Notes: generated from the letters alone by a model not told the origin. A DNA stretch of 59,952 bases from Rubritepida sp. (GCA_028291455.1 JAQGHY010000180.1:1-59952); one strand, 5' to 3'; positions 17,685 to 26,703 are shown, counted from the first letter of the stretch. Program-made: numbers and translations.

Positions 17685-18203
17685 ATGACGATCAGTTTCC
17701 AAACTATGCGGCCCGAGAAGGTGCCGGAACTCATCGCGAAGGCACATCGCATAGGCGCGCCGTGGACAGTGCCGATGCTCCGGGGCGCCGAGAGGGGCTT
17801 GGTGCGCCTGGTGATGGCCGGACCCGGGCAGAGCTTCCCCCTGTCTCTGCTCGACATGCAGAAGAATCCGCAGCCGGCGATCGTGGTGCTTGGCGGAGAC
17901 GCGTTCAACGCCATTGGGCCAGAAGGATTTCCTCGCGCAACCCGCCTACTGCGCTGGGCCGGCTACAGCGTCCTGCACGGCGCCGGTGGCGAGCCTTGGC
18001 ACTACGCCATGACCGTCGACGCGGCACTGCTGTGGCGCCGCGTCCTGCTGGTCGAGTGCCGTGGTGACCACCTGCAGGCTTGGATCGATCTAAAACGACA
18101 GATTGCCCCATCAGCCCCCGGTCTCGTGTTCGGGGTCGCGGAAGGGAAGCCGGCTCACCTGGGTGAGATGCGCCCTCCCGCGGCCGGGACAGTGTTCAAT
18201 TGA
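17685..18203 (+). CDS. Hypothetical protein of the replication operon
   Basis: GGAG RBS, 172 aa, coupled to downstream genes. Confidence 0.65.
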   Translation: MTISFQTMRPEKVPELIAKAHRIGAPWTVPMLRGAERGLVRLVMAGPGQSFPLSLLDMQKNPQPAIVVLGGDAFNAIGPEGFPRATRLLRWAGYSVLHGAGGEPWHYAMTVDAALLWRRVLLVECRGDHLQAWIDLKRQIAPSAPGLVFGVAEGKPAHLGEMRPPAAGTVFN

Positions 18204-18412
18204 GACAGCACCGCAAACAGGTTCAGCAGCCCGTCCGCGCGCCGCTCGCAGCGTCCGATGAGCCGCCGCGCCTCTGCATCATTCATGGCCTCTGCAATGC
18301 GGCCGGCGAGCCGCTGATTGTCCGCGCGACGGGATCCAGGCGCCGGCCACTGCTGATGGCATTTGCAAGCATCGCGACTGCTCTTGCCGCGAGCGAGGGA
18401 AGCGCGGCGTGA
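18200..18412 (+). CDS. Small hypothetical protein
   Basis: 4 bp overlaps with both neighbours. Confidence 0.45.
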   Translation: MRQHRKQVQQPVRAPLAASDEPPRLCIIHGLCNAAGEPLIVRATGSRRRPLLMAFASIATALAASEGSAA

Positions 18413-19353
18413 ACAGGCCAATCAAACCCTCGCTGGACATCGCATCCGTCAACGACCTGCTGCTCAGCTGCATGGCCGTCCTAGCCGAGCGCTTGGCCGG
18501 AGAACCGACCCAGCGCGTCCGCGACACGTTGCGTTTCGGCTCAAAGGGCAGTCTGGCTGTGCAGGTTCATGGCGCGAAGCGGGGCGTTTGGCACGACCAT
18601 GAGGCCGGCGTCGGCGGCGATCCCCTTGGCCTCATCGCGCACCTCCTGCGGATCCCAATGCGCGACGCCTATCGCTGGGCCCTTGAGTGGCTGGGTGAGA
18701 CCGGTGGGCGCGGTACAACTTATGTTGAGGATCGGGCGAAGCACCCCGAGAGTGCAGCACCATCCAGCACGCTGGATCTCGCGCGCCGCATCTGGCGCGA
18801 GGCAATAGCACCCGCTGGAACGCCGGTCGAAACCTACCTCGCGTCGCGCGGGCTGCAGCTGGAACCCGGACCTTTGCGCTTCCACCCCGCGTGCCCACGG
18901 GGATCTGAGCTGTTGCCGTGCATGGTCGCGCTAATGACTCATGCTGTCACAGGGGAGCCGTGCGGTGCCCACCGAACGTTCTTGGCCGTCGACGGCCTTG
19001 GGAAGGCGGCCGGACAGTCGAAGATGATGGCTGGCAGTGCGGGCGTCATCCGTCTCACTCGTGACGAGGATGTTGGCGGAGGCCTTGGTATCGCGGAGGG
19101 GATCGAAACGGCCCTTTCTGTCGCTCAGGGCTTCGGCTGGCGTCCGGTCTGGGCCGCCACCAGTGCGGGCGCCATTACGAAGTTCCCAGTGCTAGGCGGC
19201 ATCGAGGCTTTGACCATCTTCGCCGACCCAGACGGGCCGGGCACGCAGGCGGCGGCGACCTGCGCGGAGCGCTGGAATGCGGAGGGGCGTGAGGCTCGGA
19301 TCATCGCGCCGCCGGCAGGTGATTGGAATGACCTGCACCGGAGCGCTGGCTGA
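18409..19353 (+). CDS. Toprim-domain DNA primase
   Basis: G.W.D...G.GGD.L.L, YL.SRG, LRFHP.CP, HRTFL, IAEGIETALS, IFADPD..G..AA, GDWND. Confidence 0.9.
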   Translation: MNRPIKPSLDIASVNDLLLSCMAVLAERLAGEPTQRVRDTLRFGSKGSLAVQVHGAKRGVWHDHEAGVGGDPLGLIAHLLRIPMRDAYRWALEWLGETGGRGTTYVEDRAKHPESAAPSSTLDLARRIWREAIAPAGTPVETYLASRGLQLEPGPLRFHPACPRGSELLPCMVALMTHAVTGEPCGAHRTFLAVDGLGKAAGQSKMMAGSAGVIRLTRDEDVGGGLGIAEGIETALSVAQGFGWRPVWAATSAGAITKFPVLGGIEALTIFADPDGPGTQAAATCAERWNAEGREARIIAPPAGDWNDLHRSAG

Positions 19354-20774
19354 TGGACGGCCTTAACCCAGACGCTCGGCTCCTTGCTGCGGGCGCGACG
19401 ATCGAGATGCCAAAGCGGCGAAGCAGCAGTCGGCCGGCTCAGCAGCTAACCGGAGGCGCTGAGATCGAGTACTCGGACGACGCAATCGCCCTCGCATTCT
19501 CCGACCGCCATGCGACAGATCTGCTATTCGTGCCTGAATGGGGACACTGGCTCCGCTGGGATGGTTCACGATGGTCGCGGGACACCACTTTGGCTGTCTA
19601 CGACCTAGCGCGAGCCCTATGCCGTGAAAAGGCTGCAAAGGCGCAGTTCGCCGCCAAAGGCGGCAGCGACAAGGGCCTGAGCATTGCAAGCGCGCAGAAG
19701 GTCGCGGCCGTCGAAAAGATGGCGCGCTCCGACCGGCGCCATGTGAGGGAGGCATCGCTCTTTGATGCGGACCCGTGGGCTCTTAATACGCCTAGCGGCG
19801 TCATCGACCTTTCAACGGGCAAGATGAGGTCGCACCGAGATAGTGATCTCTGCACAAAAGTCACAACGATCTCGCCGGCAGGCGCTTGCCCCCTCTGGGA
19901 GTCTTTCGTTTCGGAAATCGCGAAAGGTGATGACGACTTGGTCGTCTACCTGCAGCGGTGGGCCGGCTACATGCTCACGGGCTCCACGCGAGAGCATGCC
20001 TTCCTCGTTCCTCATGGACCTGGAGGAAACGGCAAGGGCGTCTTCGTCAACACGCTTGCTGGAGTGATGGGGGACTACGCGACGACGGCTCCAATGGAAA
20101 CGTTCATGGCCTCCCTACATGATCGGCATCCGACGGACCTAGCCAGCCTGCGCGGCGCCCGCCTCGTCGTGGCTCAAGAAACCGAAGCTGGACGAGTTCT
20201 AGCGGAAGCGCGGATCAAGGCGCTGACGGGGGGTGACAGGATCTCCGCCCGCTTCATGCGAGGCGACTTTTTCGAGTTCACCCCGATCTTCAAGCTGGTG
20301 ATGGTCGGCAATCACCGCCCGGTTATTCGCAACCCAGATGACGCGATGCGCCGGCGCCTGCACCTGTTGCCGCTCACGTTCAAACCGACCCAGCCCGATC
20401 ATACGCTTCCCCAGCGCCTGAAAGCGGAGATGCCCGGCATCCTAGCCTGGGCCATCAAGGGTTGCCTCGCCTGGCAGCGCGACGGCCTCGGCATGCCGAA
20501 GATCGTGAAGGCGGCGACCGATGAGTATTTCACTGAGCAGGATCTCCTCGGCCAATGGCTGGAAAACCGATGCGAGTTGGCCAACGGCAGTGAGACCGCC
20601 TCCTCTGCGCTCTTCCGCGACTGGAAAAGCTGGGTAGAGGCGCGAGGGGATGAGGCGGGGACCGGGAAAGCCTTCTCCGCCACGCTGGAGCGGCACTACG
20701 CGAAGAAGAAAACCAGGGATGGAGCGATGTTTTGCGGGCTCCGTCTACGACCCCATACGGGGGGTGTTTGGTGA
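19353..20774 (+). CDS. P4/D5-family primase-helicase (D5_N + SF3 helicase)
   Basis: W..WDG.RW, LNTPSGVIDL.TG, Walker A GPGGNGKG, IKALTGGD.ISARFM, NHRP. Confidence 0.93.
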   Translation: MDGLNPDARLLAAGATIEMPKRRSSSRPAQQLTGGAEIEYSDDAIALAFSDRHATDLLFVPEWGHWLRWDGSRWSRDTTLAVYDLARALCREKAAKAQFAAKGGSDKGLSIASAQKVAAVEKMARSDRRHVREASLFDADPWALNTPSGVIDLSTGKMRSHRDSDLCTKVTTISPAGACPLWESFVSEIAKGDDDLVVYLQRWAGYMLTGSTREHAFLVPHGPGGNGKGVFVNTLAGVMGDYATTAPMETFMASLHDRHPTDLASLRGARLVVAQETEAGRVLAEARIKALTGGDRISARFMRGDFFEFTPIFKLVMVGNHRPVIRNPDDAMRRRLHLLPLTFKPTQPDHTLPQRLKAEMPGILAWAIKGCLAWQRDGLGMPKIVKAATDEYFTEQDLLGQWLENRCELANGSETASSALFRDWKSWVEARGDEAGTGKAFSATLERHYAKKKTRDGAMFCGLRLRPHTGGVW

Positions 20775-20776
20775 TG

Positions 20777-20879
20777 CCTGTGACGGGTGTGACGGGTTCT
20801 CCCTTATCAACGTTCCGCGCGTGTGCACGCACGCACGCAAGACGGGTGATAAAGCGCGACCCGTCACACCCGTCACAGG
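20777..20879. repeat. Putative replication origin of the element
   Basis: Perfect 21 bp inverted repeat CCTGTGACGGGTGTGACGGGT / ACCCGTCACACCCGTCACAGG, each arm two 9-mers, directly after the helicase stop. Confidence 0.75.
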
Positions 20880-21001
20880 GTCTTGAGTGTGCCGCTCCAG
20901 CGCGGCGCCGCAGCACCCCCGATCAGCCACGAAATCACTTCGCCACGCGCCTCGTCGCCGCGCTGGGGAAGCACGTCATCGGCGACCACAGGAGCACCAC
21001 C

Positions 21002-21583
21002 ATGAACATCTTGAGAGTTCCACATCGCTTCGCGCACTTGCTCGGCTTCGGGTCGAAGTCGAGGGCTCCATCGAAGCCCGGGCCCCGTCGCGCCGGGCTT
21101 CAATCGAAGAGGCCTACGCCGGCCAAGCGCATCGAGCCCACGGTCTCGAAGCCCAAGCCCGCGGCCAGCCACTCGCCCGCCTATACGGCCAGCAGCTTCG
21201 CCCACCTCGGTTCGATGCCGCGGGAACAATGGTCCGCGATGTGGCGGGACAAGACTGCCATGGGCGGCGACGCCTCCGGCAGCAAAGAGCGAGCGCGGAT
21301 GCTCTCCATCCTCGGATCGCCAGAGGCCGCAAAGCACCCCCCGCTTGCCGCCCATTTGGCGTTCGCGACGGAACTCAGCGCGGCGAACGCCATCAGCCTG
21401 CTGAGCACCGCTGCGCCGCTCGCTATCTCCCAGCCGCGCATCAGCCTGTCCGACCGGATGGCCGGCATCGCTCAGCCGCGCGTCGGAACCGAGGCCCCGC
21501 AGCCCGCGGCCGATACGCCGGAAGCTCAGGCGGCCAGCGTCCTCAATGCCATGAACCGCGCCCGCCCCCCGGCCCGCAACTGA
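21002..21583 (+). CDS. Capsid scaffolding-like protein (lambda Nu3 / S49 protease C-terminal type)
   Basis: AGGAG RBS; FAHLLG, low-complexity linker, ERAR..SILGSPEA......AAHLAF.T.LSA..AI.LL..A, L..RM. Confidence 0.55.
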   Translation: MNILRVPHRFAHLLGFGSKSRAPSKPGPRRAGLQSKRPTPAKRIEPTVSKPKPAASHSPAYTASSFAHLGSMPREQWSAMWRDKTAMGGDASGSKERARMLSILGSPEAAKHPPLAAHLAFATELSAANAISLLSTAAPLAISQPRISLSDRMAGIAQPRVGTEAPQPAADTPEAQAASVLNAMNRARPPARN

Positions 21584-21594
21584 AGGAGACCACC

Positions 21595-22140
21595 ATGAAA
21601 CTAGAAGACATCCTCGCGTTGCGGCCGACGACCGGCACCAGCGCCGACTTCCACGAAGCGATCAGGCGGGCCGAAGTTCTGCGGCAGGAACTCACGGCCC
21701 GTGCCGCCGAGCTCGACAAGACGCGGGCTGATGGCCTTCTCACCATCGACGACAAAACCATCCTGAAGGCCGAGCAGGAGGCCGCAGCGTCCCGCCTGGC
21801 CGTCGATCGCATCACCGCCCTGCTTCCGTCCATTCGAGAGGATGAGGCGAAGGCGGCCGGCGCGGAGACCTTAGCCGAGCTGCGGGCCGAGGTTGCCGGC
21901 GTCACTGCGACGGTGAACGCCTTCGCGGAATGGCAGGCAACCGAGTGGCCGAACATCCCCAGGCTGGTCGGCGAGGGGAGGAGGCTGGAGAGCGCGGCTA
22001 GAGATGCGCGCAGCCGCTTCCTCGCCAAAGCCGCGTCGATCTACTCGCGGCAGGAAGTCCGCGATGCCGGACCGCTCGACGTCGAGATTCCCGATCTGAC
22101 GACTCCCAGCCCCATCAGCCTCTTCGCGCACTGGAACTGA
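21595..22140 (+). CDS. Hypothetical coiled-coil protein
   Basis: AAGGAG RBS; A/E/L/R-rich helical pattern. Confidence 0.7.
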   Translation: MKLEDILALRPTTGTSADFHEAIRRAEVLRQELTARAAELDKTRADGLLTIDDKTILKAEQEAAASRLAVDRITALLPSIREDEAKAAGAETLAELRAEVAGVTATVNAFAEWQATEWPNIPRLVGEGRRLESAARDARSRFLAKAASIYSRQEVRDAGPLDVEIPDLTTPSPISLFAHWN

Positions 22141-22142
22141 CA

Positions 22143-22637
22143 ATGAGCACTTTGAATGAAACTGTCCTGGTGACCGTAGCGCCCTTTGAGAGCGTTACCG
22201 TCAGCCCCCACCCGTCCGGGATCCCCGGCTTAGCGCCGCTGGTTCTGAGGGGCGGCGATACTCTTCGCGTGTCTCCACCCGAAGCGGAGCGGCTCTATGA
22301 TCTGCGCAAGGTGGTGGGGCTTAAAACGGGAGAGGTGAAGCCGAACGACCCGCCGTCGAGCCGGCCGCTTGGCCCCAGCATCAGCTTCAACAACGGGCCG
22401 CTGATCCCGCTATCCGACGGGGCCCGTGTCGCCGGCGCAAGCATGATGGCCGCGCGCGAGTCCGCGGAGAAGATCAACGCCGGCGAGGAGGCGAGGCGGG
22501 TAGCGCGCAATGCTGAGCGACAGGGCGGCCCGCAAGACGTGCGCCGCGCCACTGTCCGCTTGTTCGGCGAGGAATTCGGCCTCGATCCACTTGGGCCGTT
22601 GCCAGGCATCACCGCCAAAGAGGGGGGCTGGGAATGA
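22143..22637 (+). CDS. Hypothetical protein
   Basis: ATG 2 nt after previous stop; 164 aa. Confidence 0.6.
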   Translation: MSTLNETVLVTVAPFESVTVSPHPSGIPGLAPLVLRGGDTLRVSPPEAERLYDLRKVVGLKTGEVKPNDPPSSRPLGPSISFNNGPLIPLSDGARVAGASMMAARESAEKINAGEEARRVARNAERQGGPQDVRRATVRLFGEEFGLDPLGPLPGITAKEGGWE

Positions 22638-22804
22638 CCAGCCCTCGCTCCGACGCGCTTCCGACCGCGGGCGCCGAACACGTGGAGCCCACACCGAAGC
22701 TCTCAGGAATGCTGAGGCTCGGTGAGAGGCTGGGCAAGAGAAACGAGAGCGGGGTGCTGCCAGGCGGCACCTCCTCCAAACCACACACGGAGAATAGCAA
22801 ATGA
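22634..22804 (+). CDS. Possible 56 aa linker ORF
   Basis: ATGA overlaps with both neighbours; no recognisable motif. Confidence 0.3.
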   Translation: MTSPRSDALPTAGAEHVEPTPKLSGMLRLGERLGKRNESGVLPGGTSSKPHTENSK

Positions 22805-23628
22805 GGCGCTTAGCGAACGGTACGCAGGTCGGCACGCTGCCCGCGGTTGTGGCCGCGGTCGGAACCCCCGGCTACGGCACAAACGGTGACCCTGGAGCCG
22901 GGCAGCTCGGCTCGATCTGGGATGCGGAGCAGTACAACCGCATTCAGGAAGAGCTGATGTCCTTCCTCACGGCCGCCGGTATCACGCCCGACGGCGCTAA
23001 CAACGGCCAGGTGCTTGCCGCAATCCGGCAAATGTTCGGGGGTGGCATGCAAGCCTTCACATCGAGCGGCAACTTCATCGTGCCGGCCGGCGTGACGAAG
23101 GTTCGAGTTCGGGTCTGGGCTGCGGGCGGCGGTGGCGGCGGTGCTGGTTCAAGTTCGGCAGCGGGTCGGGGCGGCGGCGCCGGGGGATATGCCGAGGGCT
23201 GGGTCGCTGTCACGCCTGGCGCCAGCATTCCCATCACATTGAGCGGGCCTGGTGGCGGCGGCAGCGCAGCCGGTGGCTCCGGCTCAGCGGGTAGCGCCTC
23301 GTCCTTTGGGGCGTTTGTTTCCGCCACCGGCGGCGATGGCGGCTTCGGTGCTGGCGGCGGCATCGCCACGGGAGGCGGCAACGGCGGAATCGGGCTTGGC
23401 GGAACCCTGCAGATCTCCGGCGGCGCCGGCGCACCGGGCATCGTCTTTGGCGGCACCTACAACGCCGGCCAGGGCGGCGCCGCCTGGATGGGTGGCATGA
23501 ATTACGCCGTAGGCGGCGGCTCGGCCGGCGGCGCCGGCTTCTTCCCAGGCATGGGCGGCGCCGGTGCGGCCGGCGGCGCACTGAACGGTGGCAACGGTGC
23601 CGCCGGCCTCGTGATTGTGGAGTGGTAG
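22801..23628 (+). CDS. Phage tail fibre protein (Mu-type N-terminal anchor + glycine-rich domain)
   Basis: GTPGY.TNGDP..G...S..DA...N.IQEEL...L.AAGITPD.....Q.LAAI anchor; FTSSG.F.VPAGVT.VRV..W..GGGGG ... G.VIVEW. Confidence 0.8.
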   Translation: MRRLANGTQVGTLPAVVAAVGTPGYGTNGDPGAGQLGSIWDAEQYNRIQEELMSFLTAAGITPDGANNGQVLAAIRQMFGGGMQAFTSSGNFIVPAGVTKVRVRVWAAGGGGGGAGSSSAAGRGGGAGGYAEGWVAVTPGASIPITLSGPGGGGSAAGGSGSAGSASSFGAFVSATGGDGGFGAGGGIATGGGNGGIGLGGTLQISGGAGAPGIVFGGTYNAGQGGAAWMGGMNYAVGGGSAGGAGFFPGMGGAGAAGGALNGGNGAAGLVIVEW

Positions 23629-23631
23629 GAC

Positions 23632-24081
23632 ATGAGCATGCAGCGTTTCGCGCGAATTACGACGGATGGCTTCGCGGCCGAGATCATCGAGATTGAGGAG
23701 GGAGGCGCGCCTATCAGCGAGCGGTTCAATCCCTCAATCGCGTCCACCTTCGTCGAAGTTCCGGCTGAGGTGGTGACCGGGTGGAGCCTCTCGGGCAGCA
23801 CCTGGTCGGCGCCGGAACCGCCTGCGCATGGTGACGTGGCTACCCAGCCTCTGACCGCGCGCCAGCTGCGCCTGTGGCTACTGAGCCGCGGCATCACCGG
23901 CGCGATGGTGGAGACCGCTCTGGCACAAGTGCCGGAAGGTCAACGCGAGCGGGCTCAGATCGAGTGGGAGTACGCGACCGAGTACCTGCGCAGTCACCCG
24001 CTGATCGATCAGGTGGGAGCCGCCTTCGACCTGGCTGCTCCTGACATCGACGAGGCTTGGCCTGAGGCCGCAGCGCTCTGA
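23632..24081 (+). CDS. Tail fibre assembly chaperone-like protein
   Basis: Directly follows fibre gene; F.P......VEVP..V..GW...G..W.AP and TARQLRL.L...IEWEYAT...R.HPLI motifs. Confidence 0.7.
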   Translation: MSMQRFARITTDGFAAEIIEIEEGGAPISERFNPSIASTFVEVPAEVVTGWSLSGSTWSAPEPPAHGDVATQPLTARQLRLWLLSRGITGAMVETALAQVPEGQRERAQIEWEYATEYLRSHPLIDQVGAAFDLAAPDIDEAWPEAAAL

Positions 24082-24223
24082 CACCTTCGGCATCGCAAGG
24101 AGGCGCGGAGGAGCTTCGGTGCGGGCGCTGGAGGGGCACTCAGCCTCTCCAGCACCTCGGGTGCCACTGGGGAGCTTCCGAGCCGCCTACGGGCGTCCAG
24201 CGGGACTCCACCCCCCCCGGTCT

Positions 24224-24280
24224 GGGTCCTTCCCAGGCACGATTGCAACGCGGGGGTTTCGCGAGCGCGCCACGCCGCTA
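24224..24280 (+). other. Lambda-like cos site (cosQ-cosN)
   Basis: GGGTCCT, 23 nt, GGGTTTCGCGAG, CGCG, then CGCTA in the same register as lambda cos. Confidence 0.7.
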
Positions 24281-24313
24281 GCCAAACTCCTCCAAAGTAG
24301 GGTGACAGGTGAC

Positions 24314-24874
24314 ATGACGACTATGACGATCAGCGCTTTCGCGCGCCTGCAGGACGTCTCGCGCAAGACGGCCTACCAGTGGAAATCCATGGATTACCTT
24401 GCGTTCCATGGAAGGGAGGTGGACGTGGAGCGGTCTAACGAGCGCCTCGCTGCAGCCGGCCTGTCGCGTCTGAAACCTGCAACCCTGCGGGTCTCAGTGT
24501 CACGTCAGTTGGGCCAGCGCGTCGCTCCCGACCTTACCTCCCGCGAAGCACTGATCCGACACGCGCACCAGTTTCCTTGCGTGTCCAGAATGTCGGTCTT
24601 CGCCGCCAGCAAATGGGACGTTGCACTGGAGATGCGGGCGCACCTGCCGCTCGCGACGGTCCAGGCGATAGTGGCGCGGGTCGTCGCCACAGATCGACAA
24701 TCTGCCTACGAAATTGCGCTGAACGACGGCGAGGGCCCGCCTCTCGGCTTCGCGAGCTGGGCCGACCACCCCTGGTTCGCCCGTCCTGCCATGACCGAGG
24801 AGGATTGGCAGGAACTCGAGGAAGAGCACCGGGCCTCGTGCTCGATCCAGGCCAGCGCCCCGGCTCCGCCATGA
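24314..24874 (+). CDS. TerS/Rpp-like winged-HTH packaging protein
   Basis: MT..T.SAFARL..VSRKT.Y.WK....L...G..VDVE.SN N-terminus; immediately downstream of cos. Confidence 0.65.
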   Translation: MTTMTISAFARLQDVSRKTAYQWKSMDYLAFHGREVDVERSNERLAAAGLSRLKPATLRVSVSRQLGQRVAPDLTSREALIRHAHQFPCVSRMSVFAASKWDVALEMRAHLPLATVQAIVARVVATDRQSAYEIALNDGEGPPLGFASWADHPWFARPAMTEEDWQELEEEHRASCSIQASAPAPP

Positions 24875-25108
24875 TCGTCTATGCCTTCAGCCGCACCATC
24901 ACCGGCGCGACCCAACTCGACGCAACGTGTGGACGGTCGCGGCGGTAGGTCGTGGTGGACCGAATCCTTCACGGCGGTGGAGGATCGCGGCGTCTCACCG
25001 ACCAGTTGGGAGCCGTCTGCCATCCACCTCCTCACCGAGGTCGAGGGCAAGCACTTGGTCGCGCTATCCGACTGCGAGGACCTGTCGGCGCAGCTCCGAC
25101 GGGACCTC

Positions 25109-25891
25109 CTATGGCACTCTGCCGCTCAACGCCTCGGCAGGATAGCACCTCGCGGAATACCATCCATTCTCGGCCATGTACTGCCGGAAAGCCGTCCCGA
25201 TCGGGATGGTGCAGGACGTCGTCAACGGGCGGCTAAATCCGACCATATTAACCCGGAACGTAAGTCTCATCTGGGTGGCAGCTTCGATCTGGCTCAGGAA
25301 TTCAGCCGGAGCAACGAAGTTGACGTCGGAATTACAGGCTTGGCCTTCAGACTGGCTAGGTTGAGGTGGGCAGGCCTGTTCAAACGGCGCGAAGGAGACA
25401 GTCTGACTAACCGCGCCGCCTCCTGACACGGGGAAAGGGTGAGCAGACTCCCGCGGCTCGACCTGCAGGCGCATCTCCACGCGGCGCACCGTGACGAAGC
25501 TGAGCCACTCCTGAACATTGTTGAAGCGCCCCGCAGTGACGTTCAGGCTGACGCTACGGACGATCGCGTCCCGCCCCGCATCCGCCGTGTTTACGAAGGA
25601 AAGTTGCGAAACGAACCGCACTACAGTCCGATTATTGGCGTATTGATCGAAGGTCACATAGACCAAATCCGGTGGGTACACGCTGGGCGAGGCTCCATTG
25701 GCCCAGGACGAGATCTGATACGCGACGGAGATCATCGACAGGACGAAGGCGGTCGCCGCAAGCAAGTCCGACTTTGTGACGATCACGAATCCTAAGAACG
25801 AAATCCAACGTTCGGGCGGCTTGTCGAAGCCGCTGCGCTTTCCGTTCGAGACACCTTCCGGCGCTCCCTCCGTATTGCTTTCGAGGGTCAC
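25109..25891 (-). CDS. Hypothetical membrane-anchored protein
   Basis: 260 aa, N-terminal TM, beta-rich body, four Cys in C-terminal half. Confidence 0.6.
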   Translation of the reverse strand: MTLESNTEGAPEGVSNGKRSGFDKPPERWISFLGFVIVTKSDLLAATAFVLSMISVAYQISSWANGASPSVYPPDLVYVTFDQYANNRTVVRFVSQLSFVNTADAGRDAIVRSVSLNVTAGRFNNVQEWLSFVTVRRVEMRLQVEPRESAHPFPVSGGGAVSQTVSFAPFEQACPPQPSQSEGQACNSDVNFVAPAEFLSQIEAATQMRLTFRVNMVGFSRPLTTSCTIPIGTAFRQYMAENGWYSARCYPAEALSGRVP

Positions 25892-26212
25892 TTATCGGCG
25901 TCGCGATCTGGCTAGGCAGCCGGGATAGTCAGGCATACTTTTGAGAGAGGGAACGGCCTCGGCCATCGCGAGCAGATTGGCGCACTGGGTGGCGCTGGGA
26001 TCGTCCCCAGATATGACCCCCCTGGGCGCCGCATCCCTGCTCATGGGTGCCACCTGCGATCCCGAAGAGTAGGTATTCCCACCGGGCGGCGCATTCAAAA
26101 ACAAGCCGGTCGGATTTCCGCTTGGATTTGCCTGAGGGAGCGCAGTTTGGGGAAGGATGGCCCACGCAACCATGACAATAAATGTAAACACTCTCGTAGA
26201 ATTTTCCGACAT
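25892..26212 (-). CDS. Hypothetical small secreted protein
   Basis: Hydrophobic signal-like N-terminus, two Cys; stop abuts next start; start uncertain. Confidence 0.45.
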   Translation of the reverse strand: MSENSTRVFTFIVMVAWAILPQTALPQANPSGNPTGLFLNAPPGGNTYSSGSQVAPMSRDAAPRGVISGDDPSATQCANLLAMAEAVPSLKSMPDYPGCLARSRRR

Positions 26213-26703
26213 GACCATGCCCCTCGAAAATTCGCTTCCGCGTACGGTATCTAGCGGCTGCATCTCAAGTATTTTCCGAGCACGTGAAGAATTGAAGCCG
26301 AAATCGGGGCGGCAGGCTTGAGATTTGGTAGAGGGGGACTGCTGGTCGCCATCAGTCCACGTGCGACATCCAGTCATCGGAGGAGCGCGATTGCCGGACC
26401 CGAGAATGCTGCTGCGTTTGAGGCTCTGACGCTGCGAGCCACCACACTGATCAAAAGAGCTATGGCGGCGAGTGCATACAAGACGGCCGCATCGGGCATC
26501 AGGACTTCTCAGCGGCCGGAGAGCGTTGCCGCCTTCTGGTGCCGGGTTTCACAATGTCGAGCGGATGGCTGTACGTCTCGGGAGATCGATGAACGGGCCG
26601 CCGACCTGATGGCGGACTACGAAGCCCACCGGCCGCGCTCGCGGCTCCGGTTCAGCGGCAGGCTCAGGTCCATTTGCTGACAAGATGGCGAATCTGCCTC
26701 AGA

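Noticed and set aside
24871-25110. Frameshifted gene after the TerS-like gene
   Set aside because: An ATGA-coupled 25-codon ORF plus an open second frame exist, but no motif supports a pseudogene call
26318-26680. 120 aa + strand ORF near the right att
   Set aside because: No convincing start codon (GGAGG is followed by ATT) and no recognisable motif
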